Below the pieces are notes generated by a model, which saw only the letters and a program-made list of their open reading frames with translations, was not told the DNA's origin and did not search any database. From Octopus sinensis (Eukaryota), in assembly GCF_006345805.1 (NCBI RefSeq), contig NC_043004.1, forward strand, positions 89,404,001-89,468,000: 64,000 nt of DNA, in the 5' to 3' direction. This document shows, piece by piece, positions 49,259-62,421 of the stretch. Numbering within the stretch: the first letter of the stretch is position 1; each line of letters starts with the position of its first letter. The position numbers and the translations under genes are program-made.

Positions 49259-50167
49259 GTAAATACTGTTTAGCTAGCATTTTTATGCTTTTATTTATTC
49301 ATTTATTGTTTCAATCATTGAAGTGCAGCCATGCTGGAGTAGAGTGTTAAGGTGTATTTGTTAATAATATCTTCCCCCCACCACCATTTTAAGTTATGTA
49401 TAATTGAAATAGAACACTGTTTTTCAAGAGGTGTCAATGTAAAGAAAAACATGGAGACTTACACATAAACATATGTATATATGTGTATGTGTATCATCAT
49501 CATCGTTTAGCATCTGCTTTCCATGCTAGCATGGGTTGGACAGTTCAACTGGGGTCTGGGAAGCCAGAAGGCTGCACCAGGCCCAGTCTGATCTGGCAAT
49601 GTTTCTACAGCTGGATGCCCTTCCTAACACCAAGGTATATATATATATATATACAACACACACACACACACACATACATATCCATTTAGCATTCATATTT
49701 TATCCTGCCATGAGTTAGAAGGCACTTCAGAGGATCTCACAAACTTGAGGACTGTTGGATTCCCATGTCTGTTCTGATGTAATGTACACACACATCCACA
49801 CCAGCTTATTTCAGTTTCCATCTACCATATCCACTCACAAGACTTTGGTCAGTCTGAGGCTATAGTAGAAGACACATGCCCAACGTACTATGCAGTGGGA
49901 CTGAACCCAGAACCATGTGGTTGGGAAGCAAGCTTCTTATCCCACTCTAAGCCAGGAACCTTTCAGCATCCCTCATCTTATATATATGTATATATCATCA
50001 TCATCATCATCATCGTTTAACGTCTGCTTTCCATGCTAGCATGGGTTGGACGGTTCAACTGGGGTCTGGCAAGCTCGAAGGCTGCACCAGGCCAGTCAGA
50101 TCTGGCAGTGTTTCTACAGCTGGATGCCCTTCCTAACGCCAACCACTCCAAGAGTGTAGTGGGTGAT

Positions 50168-50330
50168 TTTATGTGCCACCGACACAGGTGCCAGGCGAGG
50201 CTGGCAGATGGCCACGCTCGGATGATGTTTTTATGTGCCACCGACACAGGTGCCGGACGAGGCTGGCAGACGGCCACGCTCAGATGGTGTTTTTATGTGC
50301 CACCGACACAGGTGCCAGACGAGGCTGGCA
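50168..50330. repeat. 62-bp tandem repeat (x2.6) inside a family C SINE
   Basis: ATGTGCCACCGACACAGGTGCC recurs at 50171, 50233, 50295. Confidence 0.9.
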
Positions 50331-51512
50331 TGTGTGGTTGTGTGGTAAGAAGCTTACCACACAACTATGGCAAGCTGGCAGAAATGTTTGCACGCCAGGT
50401 GAAATGCTTAATGGTATTTCATCTGCCGCTACGTTCTGAGTTCAAATTCTGCCGAGGTCAACTTTGCCTTTCATCCTTTCGGGGTTGATTAAATAAGTAC
50501 CAGTTACGCACTGGGGTCGATGTAATCGACCTAATCCATTTGTCTGTCCTTGTTTTTCTCCCCTGTATGTAGCCCCTTGTGGGGAGTAAAGAAATAAGAA
50601 GCTTGCTTCCCAACCACATGGTTCTCAGTTCAGTCCCACTGCATGGCACCTTGGGCAAGTGTCTTCTAGTATAGCCTCAGGCCAACCAAAGCCTTGAGTA
50701 GATTTGGTAGACGGAAACTTAAAGTCCGTTGTATGTATATATTTTGTGTGTTTGTCTGTGCTTGTTCCCCAACCAGATGTTGGTGTGTTTACATCCCCAT
50801 AACTTAGCAGTTCAGCAAAAGAGACCAACAGAATAAGTACTAGACTTACAAAGAATAAGTCCTGGGGTAGATTTGTTTGACTAAAGGCAGTGCCCCAGCA
50901 TGGCCACAGTCAAATGACTGAAACAAGTAAAAGAATTAAAGAATATTGATAGAAAGGCAGCAAGCTGGCAGAATTGTTAGCACACCAGACAAAATGTTTA
51001 GCAGCATTTCTTTCGACTTTTTAAGTTCTGAATGCAAATTGTGCTCAGATTGGCTTCGTGTTTCATCCTTCTGGGAGTTGATAAAATAAAGTACCAGATG
51101 AAGCACTGCAACTGATATAATCAACTTACCCCTCCACCAAAAAAATTACTGGTGTTCTGCCAAAATTTGAAATCATTATTGATAGTTAATGTTCAATCTG
51201 CATTGCTAAATTCTTCAATAACACTAACGTTTTACATACAAGGATTGGGGTGCTGAAAAGCTCCTAGTGGTTAAGAGTGTCACAAAAAGGTCTAGTTGGA
51301 GACCCAATCTTCCGAGTTCTTTTACAGGACTTAGAAAAACTGAAGGACCTCTGCAATAATTATGTGAATCTGAGAAGGGGAATATGTTAGATAAAATCAT
51401 AATTGACTGATCCTCCTGTATTTTTTTTTACCTTAAACCAGGAACTTTTCAGCACTCCCTCATATATACGGTGTCTTTGTGTACAAAAATAGTTCTTTTC
51501 TTTTTATTCCAG

Positions 51513-51636
51513 AATTTCCAGCCAATGTAGCTTATCAAGAATTTGACATCTCATCAAATTTTCCAATACATCTCAGTAGATATCTTCCTTATGTAGAATA
51601 CAGTGGAGGCCTTAATTTATATAATTCAGTCAACGG
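51513..51636 (+). CDS. SETD9: SETD9 exon 5
   Basis: EFPANVAYQEFDISSNFPIHLSRYLPYVEYSGGLNLYNSVN(G) vs AANVCYQEFDVPAVFPIELKQYLPNIAY; donor GG|GTAGGT; phase 1-2. Confidence 0.9.
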
Positions 51637-51691
51637 GTAGGTATAGTTTTATTTTTCTATTCAGTTTCTGAGAAATATCAACTTGTATATA

Positions 51692-51921
51692 CAGGGTTGG
51701 CCCAACGTCACCTGACAGTAAATCAAAACCATTTAATTCCAAGATTTATTTATGTTTAACAACTGAATGAATTTAATAAAAGCATCTAAATATGAAGCAT
51801 CATGAAAACTGTTCAAACTGAAGTCCTTCTTGAGCAACACATTTTTCCATTTGAGTCAATACAGAATTACAAATATTTATGGAATTTTGATTTACTGTCA
51901 GGTGACTTTCGGCCAACCCTG
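51692..51921. mobile_element. Tc1/mariner-type MITE 55 nt after SETD9 exon 5
   Basis: About 37-bp TIR CAGGGTTGGCC..AAxGTCACCTGACAGTAAATCAAAA, TA TSD. Confidence 0.85.
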
Positions 51922-53009
51922 TATCACAAATATATTGTAAAAACAATGGAAACAGATCAAGATGTTTTAAATCACCAGTATTTGAGAATCTGTTTTTGAA
52001 GCTAGGATTCAAAATCTGGTTACTGTCCTTATTTTGCCATGCTGGTATTAGTTGGACAGTTCTGTGGGAACCAAGTCAGAGGACTACACCAAACTAGTGT
52101 CTGCTTTGATTTCTGGTTAGATGCCCTTCCTAATGCCAGCCACTTTACAGAGTGCATTGGTGGCTCTTTTTCCATGGCACCAGCACTAGTGAGGTTGCCA
52201 AGTACTCATAAGATGCAGTACCCCAACTGAGTGGGCTATAGTATTGAGGAATGTATGATATTGTGAAAGGAACAGGGTCTTGGTGAAGTGAATACATTGT
52301 TTTTCCCAGTTATGTTAGAAATATGTTAAAAGTTCACAAAGTCAACATATTGACCTGAAGATTATTTCAAATTCTATTTTATCTTTAACATATAATGCAA
52401 CAAAGCCAGACCTCAGTCTATTTAAATATGTTAGTTTATTTCATCTTTGTGAACTTCAACACCTCTTCCCCCCATGTCTCTCTTTTCTACAGTTCCTTCC
52501 TGTGTACAGAAGAAACAGTAGGAATTGTAGATGAAATGCTTTGCACTACTTATTCCAATTTCTTACTCTGTGTTCAAATCCCACCAAGGTTAATTTTGCC
52601 TTTCACCCTTCTGGGGCTCAATATAGTGAAGTAGTAGTGAACTGGCAGAATTTTTGTGTAGGATGGAATGACTTGCAGCATTTATTCTAGCCCTTTGTGT
52701 TCCAAGTTCAAATCCTGCAAGGTCTACTTAGGAAGAGGGCTTGATCCATCAACCAGGTTAATGTAATTATATGGTCTTCAAGTGCCTTTAGCAAAGTTCA
52801 TTCTACTCCAAATATTTGGTTTGCATTTCTGGTTTGGTAATACTTTCCTACTTTGTGACTAGAGATGAACAAACAAAAATTGAATGAAGGCTCTCTAAAT
52901 TATTTAATATACTTCAAATTTTATTACTCTTTGGTAACACATTTTTGGATTTGTTCATTCAATATTTGTCATCATCATCCTCAATATCTATGTTCTATGC
53001 TGGATATTT

Positions 53010-53290
53010 GTGGACTTGTGGTCAGAGGATCGTGGTTTCAATTCCCAGACCAGGCGTTGTGTGTGTTTGAGCAAAAACACCTAAAAAGCTCCACGAGGCT
53101 CCAGCAGGGGGTGGTGGCGACCCCTGTTGTACTCTTTTGCCTCAACTTTCTCTCACTCTTTCTTCCTGTTTCTTGAGTAATGCTGCGATGGACTGGCGTC
53201 CCATCCAGCGGCGGCGGCGGGGGGGGGGCATATGCCATAGAAATTGGGAAATTGAGCCCATGAGCCTGGCTAGGCTTGAAAAGGACACAT
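53010..53290 (+). mobile_element. SINE family E; others about 520-792 (-), 8985-9150 (+)
   Basis: GGTTTCAATTCCCAGACC B-box-like motif, GAGCAAAAACACCTAAAAAGCTCCACGAGGCTCC body. Confidence 0.7.
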
Positions 53291-53928
53291 AAATAAAAAA
53301 TAAAATGCTGGATATTTGACTGGATCTGATAGGCATGGCTGCATAAGTTTGATTCTCAACCACATAGTTCTAAGTTCAATCCCACTCTGTGGTACCTTGG
53401 CAGAGTGTCTTCTACTATAGGCTTGAGCTGACCAAAGTGGATTTGGTAGATGCAAACTAAAAAGAAGCCCATTACACACACACACACATGCGCGCTCATG
53501 TGTATTTCTCCCCCGCCACTGTCTGACAATCAGTGCTGGTGTGTTTATATCCCCATAACTTAGTGGTTAGGCAAGGGAGACCAACAGAATAAATACCAGG
53601 CTTTAAGGAAAAAAGTACAGTACATTCATTTGATTAAAATCCTTCAAGGCGGTGCTCCAGCATGACCACAATCAAATGACTGAAACCAGTAAAAGCAAAA
53701 TGTTACACATCTACACCAGTTGGTTGTCTCAGTAAACATGCAAATAGTTTGAAAATTATTAATATGTAAATAAATAAATAGAACAAAATAGAAGAACGTT
53801 TTTTATTATTTTAGGTTTTGAAACAGAATTAAAAATTCGACTCTCATGGAGGTTTGTTCATTTATTTAAAAAATTTGTTCAGAAAGGCCGGTCTCCTTAT
53901 TAAGGATGTCTTTTATTTTTTTGTGCAG

Positions 53929-54028
53929 GTTATTAAGAGGTGTGGCACTGGTTTCCCTCCGCTCTATCCATGCAGGAGAAGAACTGTTTTCAACATACTT
54001 TACAGTTATAGAAGCCCCCCAACAGTAA
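53929..54028 (+). CDS. SETD9: SETD9 exon 6 (stop TAA 54026-54028)
   Basis: LLRGVALVSLRSIHAGEELFSTYFTVIEAPQQ* vs LRCVVLVALRDINQGEELFSNYYTIVS; summed CDS 885 nt = 294 aa. Confidence 0.93.
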
Positions 54029-55055
54029 TTGTGTACCTTTGAACTGTTTGTTATCAAAAGGAAAACTAATTTAAGTAATTAAGATGGTGAAAGAGACCTT
54101 TAAAGAAGTTTTTATTTATCAATAAAAGTTGTTTTGCTTCATTTTTTTAATTTGGTGATCAAGTCTTAATAATTGATTTAACTGCAATAACTAAAAGGAG
54201 TACATGATGTTTTTCTTTCTTCCCATGCAATCATTCAATAATTTTAACACTTCAGTATTCAAACTGGCCATATCTGGTCCAAATATCCAACTTCTTTTAT
54301 GTTCAGACTAATTAGATCCAGCCTCTCTTACCTACCCTACAATGTCTTTCTTAAAACAAACATTCACATCACTGAAATCTCAAAGCTATGAGATAATCCA
54401 TAATTAATTCAAAATGAATGCAAATAAATAAGCTTTATATTTGACAGAGTAATCTGAATGCAAAAGGGTTGGATATTTAATTTAATCCTCTTAATCACAA
54501 TGAAGCTAACGATGTTTCTTAATTGAGATCCAATTACAACATAAATAATTTTTTGTCAGTGATATGTCTTTTGAAATATTTACAAACTTCTTGCGGTTCT
54601 ATTTGTTAAATGAAATACATAAGACATCTTGGTCAAGAGATTAGTTTAACAAATATAAAACCTTATTTTACCACACATCAAAATATGATGTTTAAATTGA
54701 CAAATGTTTTGTATTTTTCTTTTCCACCCAGTTAGCTTGTGTAAAAAAGTATCTGATCATTGTGATACAAAATTCAAATAAATATATCCATAAACATATA
54801 AAAAAAAAACCCAGTTTGGTTAGTACTGTACCCAGAATATATTAAATGTTACTGATTATGACTCCCAGTGATAAAACAAAAAAGTAAAGGTGATATTAAT
54901 TAAAGAATTATGAAAAAATGTAAATAAAAACCAGATTCTTATTTACAGTGATGTTTAAAATGGGAGTGTATACAAAAACAATGCACAATTTCTAGAGTGA
55001 TTCCTCAAGTTGTGCACAAAATTTCTAGATTCTTGCTTATTCAAAATTTTCATGC

Positions 55056-55120
55056 CTAAAGTTCTTCATTTTGAGCTTTGTTTTTGATGGCCTGCAGAAC
55101 ATTTTTCATACTTGTTAGTA
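55056..55120 (-). CDS. TXNDC12: TXNDC12-like last exon (stop TAG 55056-55058)
   Basis: TTTTAG acceptor; VLTSMKNVLQAIKNKAQNEEL*, ends in KDEL-like xEEL. Confidence 0.88.
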
Positions 55121-55439
55121 CTAAAACGAAAAATGAACACATTTTTAAAATTTATATGAAACACATTTTGAAATATATTTTACAATTAATTATTAATGCA
55201 AAATATACTGAAGGTATAACTAGGTGAAGTTTTCATTACTCACCTACACACTCTCATTATTTTTTACAAATCAACCAACAAAAGTACTAGAAATAACAGC
55301 CAAACCTCCCATACCAGATGATAGGATTTTTAAGAAAAGAATGGAATAGTCATATTTGGAATTCCTTTGACTTCCAAAGACTGACCTGGGGCTAAACAGT
55401 AATAGCTGTTACAAATACATGTCACCTGTATCAATGAAG

Positions 55440-55800
55440 GGTAGCAAATAACAAAATTGAATATCTGGAGTAATGTCACTTGACATGATGCTTAACCATA
55501 GCTCAGAGATCAGGCAATCTCTCCAGATTGAACCACTACTTCTCATTGAGAGGTCACAGCTCCAGTATTATAGACATGTAGTTAGCTGTAGGAAAGGATT
55601 AAAAGACAAATTCTTCAAGCCAAGCGAACCAGCTGGAGATCTAGAGGTAGGCCATAAGTGAGAATGGCTGAATAATATCCATAGTCTCAGATGGTCATGC
55701 TTGGGAATCCAGAAAAAGCCTAATGATGGTTGCTTCTGATAGCAAGGGCCTTATGGAGGAGGTGCCTTGAGACTCCACCCCTATGACCATCCCAGAAATA
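55440..55800 (+). mobile_element. Decayed RTE LINE 3' fragment
   Basis: SSEIRQSLQIEPLLLIERSQLQYYRHV matches RTE C-terminal pattern EPLLLRIERSQLRWFGHV. Confidence 0.65.
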
Positions 55801-55904
55801 GCAGGTAGCAAGGACGAATAAATAATTTATTAAAATAACCTTGTCATCATTAACCCTCTTTGGACACCCAGGGCCAATTGATCAGCCCAAGGGATACAAG
55901 CTGC

Positions 55905-56100
55905 TAAGACTTTGAGATAGTAGAGTTTGCTTCAAGGTCTGAAGCTCCACAAGGTATGAACTCTGAAAGGATGAATGCAACCAGAAGTGCTGACTGGGGC
56001 TGGCTTGCCTGGATGAGGGTGTCTGATGTTGAAAAATCTGAAGCGCCTAATGATCCCAAGAAACCTCACTGATGATGTGTCTAAGTGTATCGCATGATAA
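55905..56100 (+). mobile_element. Second, shorter copy of the same RLE-LINE 3' end (inverted relative to 57145-57505)
   Basis: GAGATAGTAGAG...GATCCCAAGAAACCTCACTGATGATGTG shared with the reverse complement of 57146-57330. Confidence 0.7.
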
Positions 56101-57144
56101 TGTATAGGAAACCATTCCTCTATAGTAGTAAGCAGATTTATATCTCCTTATAGATCTATCAGCCTGATGAAAAACATGTTTGGAAGTGTAATAGCCAATC
56201 AGAGATCGTCTTTCAGTAGATATAATATAAAACTATATAATGCCTAAAGTTTTACATAGTAATAAAGTAGTTTTAAGCACTTTATCCTTTGTTTTCTACA
56301 TGCACCTGTCAATTTCAATCTCAACAGGAAAAATATTTTGGTCTTTTTGGCCTACACATAGCAAAACGCTGTCTCAAAAGGGTTAAGTTGATGTTTAGAA
56401 CATAAATACATAGGAAATTTTTATGCAAGGTATTCATTCATATCTCTTTAAAACAAGTAGTTTGTATTATAGAGCCAAGTGCAGTCTCAGACAAGTTGGT
56501 GCCAAAAGGGCTAAATGCACACAACTAGACATATAATAATTAACAATAGTTATAATCATCATATATGGAACAGATCACTAAATTAGGGATTTCTTTCATT
56601 CAGTCTGTTTTATCATTCCCTTGTTACAGGTTCTTCAAAAACTGAAATGGCAAAGTAAATAAAAGTTACTTCTGCCTTGCTCCACCTCAGTTGTTTTGTT
56701 CTCTTTGGGTAAGGAAGATAACTCTTCTTGCTTCTTATATTTTCCGTTCAGTCTTCACTCCAGGTCTATAGTACACCAATATCTAATCAAACATTTGTTA
56801 CAAGCTCAAAAGTCTAGCAATCTCAATTCTCCATGCTTCATTCAGGCCTGAGATCTTGAAACATGTTAATCAGAAGCATTTGGAATACAATTTATAAGGG
56901 CATCCAGCTGTAGAAACACTGCCAGATCAGACTGGAGCCTGGTGCAGCCCCTGGCTTCCCAGACCCCGGTCAAACCATCCAACCCGTGCTAGCGTGGAAA
57001 ACGGACGTTAAACGATGATGATGATGCTGGCTGGAAGATAAGTGATAAATCTTTCTTGGAATATTGTATGTGATAGACTGGCATTATATCTATAAGGAGA
57101 TATAAATCTGCTTACTGCTATAGAGGAACGGTTTCCCATACATT

Positions 57145-57505
57145 ATCATGTGATACACTTAGGCACATCATCAGTGAGGTTTCTTGGGATCATTAGGTAC
57201 TTCAGGATTTTCAACATCAGACACCCTAATCCAGGCAAGCCAGCCCTAGTCAGCAATTCTGGTAGCATTGATCCTTTCAGGGTTGATACCTTGTGGAGCA
57301 CAGACCTTGAAGCAACCTCTACTATCTCAACAGTCAACTTGATAGCTTTCCACCTGCTGGCCCCTTTGATGCCCTGCATGTTATAAGCTCTGCAAAAGGA
57401 TTTGCCTGCAAGCTCTTTGAATCTCACCTGGATAGGATTACACCTTACTTGTCAACCATTGCTTTGGCATAGCTCCACTAGCTCAGCATATTTTTTCCTC
57501 TTATT
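57145..57505 (-). mobile_element. 3' end of RLE-type (HERO/NeSL-like) non-LTR retrotransposon
   Basis: KRKKYAELVELCQSNG*QVRCNPIQVRFKELAGKSFCRAYNMQGIKGASRWKAIK...ASRSVLHK carries the KxxKY motif and the C-terminus typical of restriction-like-endonuclease LINEs; clade assignment from memory. Confidence 0.6.
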
Positions 57506-57909
57506 ATCATTTAAATGATCTTGCAAAAATAATAATAATCTTCTCCACTATAGGCACAAGGCCTGAAATTTGGGGGAGGGGGACGGTCAATTACCTCAAC
57601 CCCAATGCTCTGCTGGTATCAATATATATTTTATCAAACCCAAAAGGATGAAGGGCAAAGTCAACCTTGGCAGAATTTGAACTCAGAACATGAAGACAGA
57701 CAAAATGCTGCAATGCATTTTGCCCAGCATGCTAATGATTCTGCCAACTCGCCACCTTTTTAATAATAATAATAATAATTTTCACTTTAACACAGCAGAT
57801 TCAGATTTCAAAACTTTCAACCTACATTTAAAAAAAGAAAACCAGATGTAAAAAAAAAAAAAATCAAAAATATTCAGAAAGGAAACAAACAAAAAGAAAT
57901 TACTCTCAC

Positions 57910-57993
57910 CTTGTGATATTGCTGGGTAATAATATTTATAGTTAGGATTTCCTTCTTCGTTAAAGAAATCAAGCATTACGTCACCACTACTAT
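57910..57993 (-). CDS. TXNDC12: TXNDC12-like exon
   Basis: DSSGDVMLDFFNEEGNPNYKYYYPAISQ vs [28 protein letters not shown]; phase 1-1. Confidence 0.92.
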
Positions 57994-58372
57994 CTGAAAA
58001 TAATTAAATTGAAATCTTTAAATGATTTACTGAGAATAATAAGTGTAGGAAATGCAATAGTTTTTCTATACTAGTAAAGGTTGGACAAATACATTTTGAG
58101 ATTTTTTTTTTTTGACAACAAGCAGCTTAATAAAAAAAGGCTCATAAAATAAGAATTGGAGTCGGCTTGTTTTGAATCCTTCAAAGTGGTGCCCCAACAT
58201 GGCTGCAGTCCAATGACTAAAGTAAAGAAATACTAAAAAAGTTTACCACAACATTACATTTAATACAAAAGCAAAATAGTTTTCATTTATCAATAATAAT
58301 ATCTATCTTTAAATACCTTGTGGAATCAATAATTATTTAGAAATATAAGAAAACTTGAAGATGGGATCTTAC

Positions 58373-58433
58373 CAAGAAATAAAATCCTTGGTATATATCC
58401 TCCATCTGGTGAGTATTTCGAGTCTTGATCATC
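58373..58433 (-). CDS. TXNDC12: TXNDC12-like exon
   Basis: DDQDSKYSPDGGYIPRILFL, AGR/ERp18 family PDGGYIPRILF motif; phase 0-1. Confidence 0.94.
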
Positions 58434-58494
58434 CTGTAATGGATTAACAAACATGAATTAGTTTTGACAGGGTTTCAAGCAAAGAACATTTTAA

Positions 58495-58713
58495 CCCTTT
58501 AGCATTCAGATAATTCTGTCTCATGTAATGCTTATTTACCCACAGTGTTTTGAATTACAAATACATTAGCTGTTTGTGTGAGATTTCAATGATGCGCTTG
58601 TTTATTTTTAGTATGATATTGTAGGGTAGGTATGAGAGGCTGAATACGGCCAGTTTGAACATAAAACAGGTAGAATATTTGAGCTAGATACAGCAGGTTT
58701 AAATATAAAAGGG
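58495..58713. mobile_element. piggyBac-like MITE family 1 (other copies about 6182-6395, 25560-25757, 26879-27319, 54255-54470)
   Basis: TTAA|CCCTTTAGCATTCAGAT...AAAAGGG ends; repeated many times in window. Confidence 0.8.
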
Positions 58714-59439
58714 TTCAACCCTTTAGCATTCAGATTACTCTGTCAAGTGTAATGTAATTCATATCGTTTTCAATTAATCATGCATTATCTTGTAGCTTTG
58801 AGATTTTGATGATGTGATTGTTAATTTTTAGAATGAAATAATAGGGTAGATGGCAGAAGCCAGTATGGAAGCTCATTGTTCATACATTTACACATATGTA
58901 CGTACATGAATGTTGACATTCCATGGATTAAACTATCAATGAGTGAAAATAATGATACAATATTTACATTCTTTGTTGACATTTGAACCCTTTCGTTACC
59001 ATATTTCTGTTGAGATGCTCTGTGTTTCTTTCAATTAATTTTAGATATAACAAAGAATTTAGTAAAATAACTTAGTTATCATTAAGCTAGTGTTAAGAAC
59101 ATAAATTGTGACTAAGGTGGAAGATTTTAATTTAAAACTTATGAAAACAAGACATTTGTACTCAGAGCTAGTGCCGGGTTGGTAACAAAAGGGTTAAAGA
59201 CCATTAGAATGATAAACTCCTCACTTGTAAAAGAGATAAGAGATGGCAACATAAAAGGCACCATCAACATTATCATCATCATCATCTTAACTTTTCTATG
59301 CTTGCATGGATTGGACATAAGTTTATTGTAACAGATTTTCTACAGATGGATACCCTTCCAGTAATATTTCTCCATGGCTATACATGTTTTCACAGAATAT
59401 TGGAAATAAATGACATTCATTTACACCAATTACATGGAT

Positions 59440-60100
59440 GTCAACACAAGGAGGTCCAAGCATTCGGCCACTAACACACACACACATGTACATATCAATA
59501 AATACATATATGACAGGCTTCTTTCATTTACCATCTACCAAATCCAATCACAAGGCCTTGGTCAGCCCAGGGCTATATAGTAAAAGACACTTGCTCAGGT
59601 TTCCACACAGTGGAACTGAACCTGAAACCATGTGGTTTAGAAGCAAACATTGTAGATACACAGCCACGCCTGCCTTTAAAATGCTGTCTCACATAAGTTC
59701 CCATCAGGTATGGCTGTGTGGTAAGAAGCTCGCTTCCCAACCACATGGTGATTCAATCCCACTGCATGGTACCTTGGGCAAGTGTCTTCAACTATAACTT
59801 TGGGCCGACCAAAGCCTTGAGTGGATTTGGTAAACAGAAACTGAAAGAAGCCTGTTGTATTCACGTGTGTGTGTGTATTTATGTGTGTATGCCTTTGTGT
59901 CCCACCACTAATGCTTGACAACCAATGTTGGTGTGTTTATGTAACTGTAACCTGGCAGTTCAGCAAAAGAGGCTGATAGAATAAGTACTAGGCTTACAAA
60001 GAATAAGTCCTGAGGTCAATTTCTTTGAGGAAAACTCCTTAAAGCAGTGCTCCAGCATGGCTGCAGTCAAATGACTGAAATAAGTAAAAGAATAAAAGAA
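59440..60100. mobile_element. Two SINE family A copies head-to-head (minus about 59440-59650, plus about 59708-60100)
   Basis: Inverted consensus matches. Confidence 0.8.
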
Positions 60101-60266
60101 ATCCAACCCATACCAGCATGAAAAAAAGGACATTAAACAAATGAAAAGACAGATATGTCTCTTAACAACCCGAATCTTCTGAAAACCGAAACAAGTTCTA
60201 TCATACAGCAACACCTTCCAGTAATAATGGTCAATACAAAATATAAGAAAAATAATACCAACGTAC

Positions 60267-60340
60267 AGGAGAATTCACCATAATAAATTCTTTACTAAGT
60301 TCACCAATTTCTTCAGAGTCAGCAAATTTTGGTTTCAAAG
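60267..60340 (-). CDS. TXNDC12: TXNDC12-like exon
   Basis: ALKPKFADSEEIGELSKEFIMVNSP vs [31 protein letters not shown] donor; phase 1-0. Confidence 0.92.
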
Positions 60341-60661
60341 CTAAAACAAAACAAGAAAATAATTTTTAACAATAATTAAATTTTGAAAGCAGAGTTTTCA
60401 ATGGAACTAGCAAATTTCACAAATTCCTCATAGATGATGAAAGGCCAACCAAAAGAACACAACCATCGTCATTCATCATTTAACGTCCGTTTTCCATGCT
60501 GGCATGGGTTGGACAGTTTAACAGGAGCTGGCAAGCCAGAAGACTGCACCAGGCTTCACTGTTTTACCATGGTTTTTACAGCTGTATGCCCTTCCTAATA
60601 GTAAAAACATAAACATTAACATTTCAAATTTATTTTAAGAATTAATAATGTTTATTTTTAC

Positions 60662-60714
60662 CTTTACAAGCTCCACACCATGCTTTATGAAGGATAAACA
60701 TCAAAGGTTTATTC
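60662..60714 (-). CDS. TXNDC12: TXNDC12-like active-site exon
   Basis: NKPLMFILHKAWCGACK, CGAC active site as in ERp18 (IHKSWCGACK); phase 2-1. Confidence 0.93.
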
Positions 60715-62421
60715 CTGAAATTTAAAAAGGAAATAAGGATAATTAGCTGGTAAAGGGTGAGAAAATTAAATTAATCAAATTTTTATACATCATCATCGTT
60801 TAATGTCTTTTTTCCATGTTGTCATGAGTCAGATGGTTTAAATAGAGCTAGCCAGACTCCAATTGTCTGTTGTAGCATTGTTTCTACAGCTGGATGTCCT
60901 TCCTAATGCTAAACACTTAACAGAGTGTGCTGGGTACATTTTATGTGACACTGGCATGGGTGCATTCATGCAGCACCAGCACCTGAAAGGACAAGCCTGT
61001 ATGTATGGAAGACTGATTTTATTTAGCTTGAAGCATCTTTTCAAGTACAGCAAATCGTCACAAAAGCCATCAACTGTTCAAAGACTTGCAAATACATTGA
61101 AAAATTTTTAGTTTCAGTCTGAGACACACAGAGAACATCTGTCTTCTTGTGGTTCATGGCCCTTCATCAAATAATGATATATACCATGCATGAATAAGCG
61201 ACACGAAGGACATAAATGAAACATCGTGATCAGAGGTTTCTTCAATCAAGACTGACTGGATATAAACAACAACATAATATAGTTCAATTTGAACTCAGGA
61301 TCTACAGACTGGTGATCCAATATTTAGGGGTGTGTGTGGACACGAATGAGGTTGTGACTGGTTGACAGGACACTGAATAGCTGAAAAAAAGACAGTTGGT
61401 ACCATGTCACCAATGCTTCATCTATGGATATGAAATTTATCTCTCAACTGCAAGAGAAATTAACTCCAAATGTGTGCTTTTTGTTGGTGTTTAGCACCAA
61501 ATCAGCTCTTATCAAACCTATGATCAAAGGTGTTCTCATAATGACCAGGCCATCCTGCTCATTACCTCAAACAATGTCCCTTGTGATTCCACTAATCTTC
61601 AAATGTATAGAGTAACTAGACATGCTGTAAACCCTTTTGATATCAACCCACCTCAGACCACCCCTAATTCTAAGATTCAAACTTTCTGTTTTAAAGTCAT
61701 CTGTATTAAAACTGTCCATCAAAATTTCATGTTTTGTTCCAAACACCAGCTTAATAATAATGACAAAGTTATTTTACTAAATTCTTCATTATTTTCAACA
61801 CTAATTGAAACGAATGCAGTGTATATCTACAGAAATAAGGTAACAAAATGGTTAACAGGGTACGTAAGCATCATAACCCAATTTCACTCAAGCAGGGACA
61901 AGTGAAGATGCTTAAATGTCAACATACATACAAACACCCACACATACATCACATCGTTTAACATTCATCTTCCATGCTGGCGACCACTGGACAGCTTAAC
62001 AGGATTTGACTCATCAAAAGAGTGTGTTGAGTTTCAGTGACTGCTTTGGCAGGGTTTTTGCAGCTGGATACCCTTCCTAATGCCAATCACACACATACAC
62101 ATCTATACAGGCTCTATACAGTTTCCATCTACTCACAAGGCTTTGGTTGGCTCAGGAGTATAGTAGAAGACACTTGACTAAGGTGCCATGCAGTGGGATT
62201 GAACATGAAACTACATGGTTGCAAAATAAATTTAGTAACTACTCTGCCATATCCACACCGATAATTATTAAAATACATGGGGAAAATACAAATTATAAAT
62301 TTTGATAAGTGATAGCGTCTAACAGATTGAGGTCACATATTAGATGTCTGTGTATAAAAATTTATTAAATAATAGGGAAAATGAAAAATAATAATAAATT
62401 TTAAGAATGAAATACACTCAC

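Noticed and set aside
50168-50330. CRISPR-like regularly spaced repeats
   Set aside because: Simple 62-bp tandem repeat with near-identical 'spacers' inside a SINE; eukaryotic context, no cas genes
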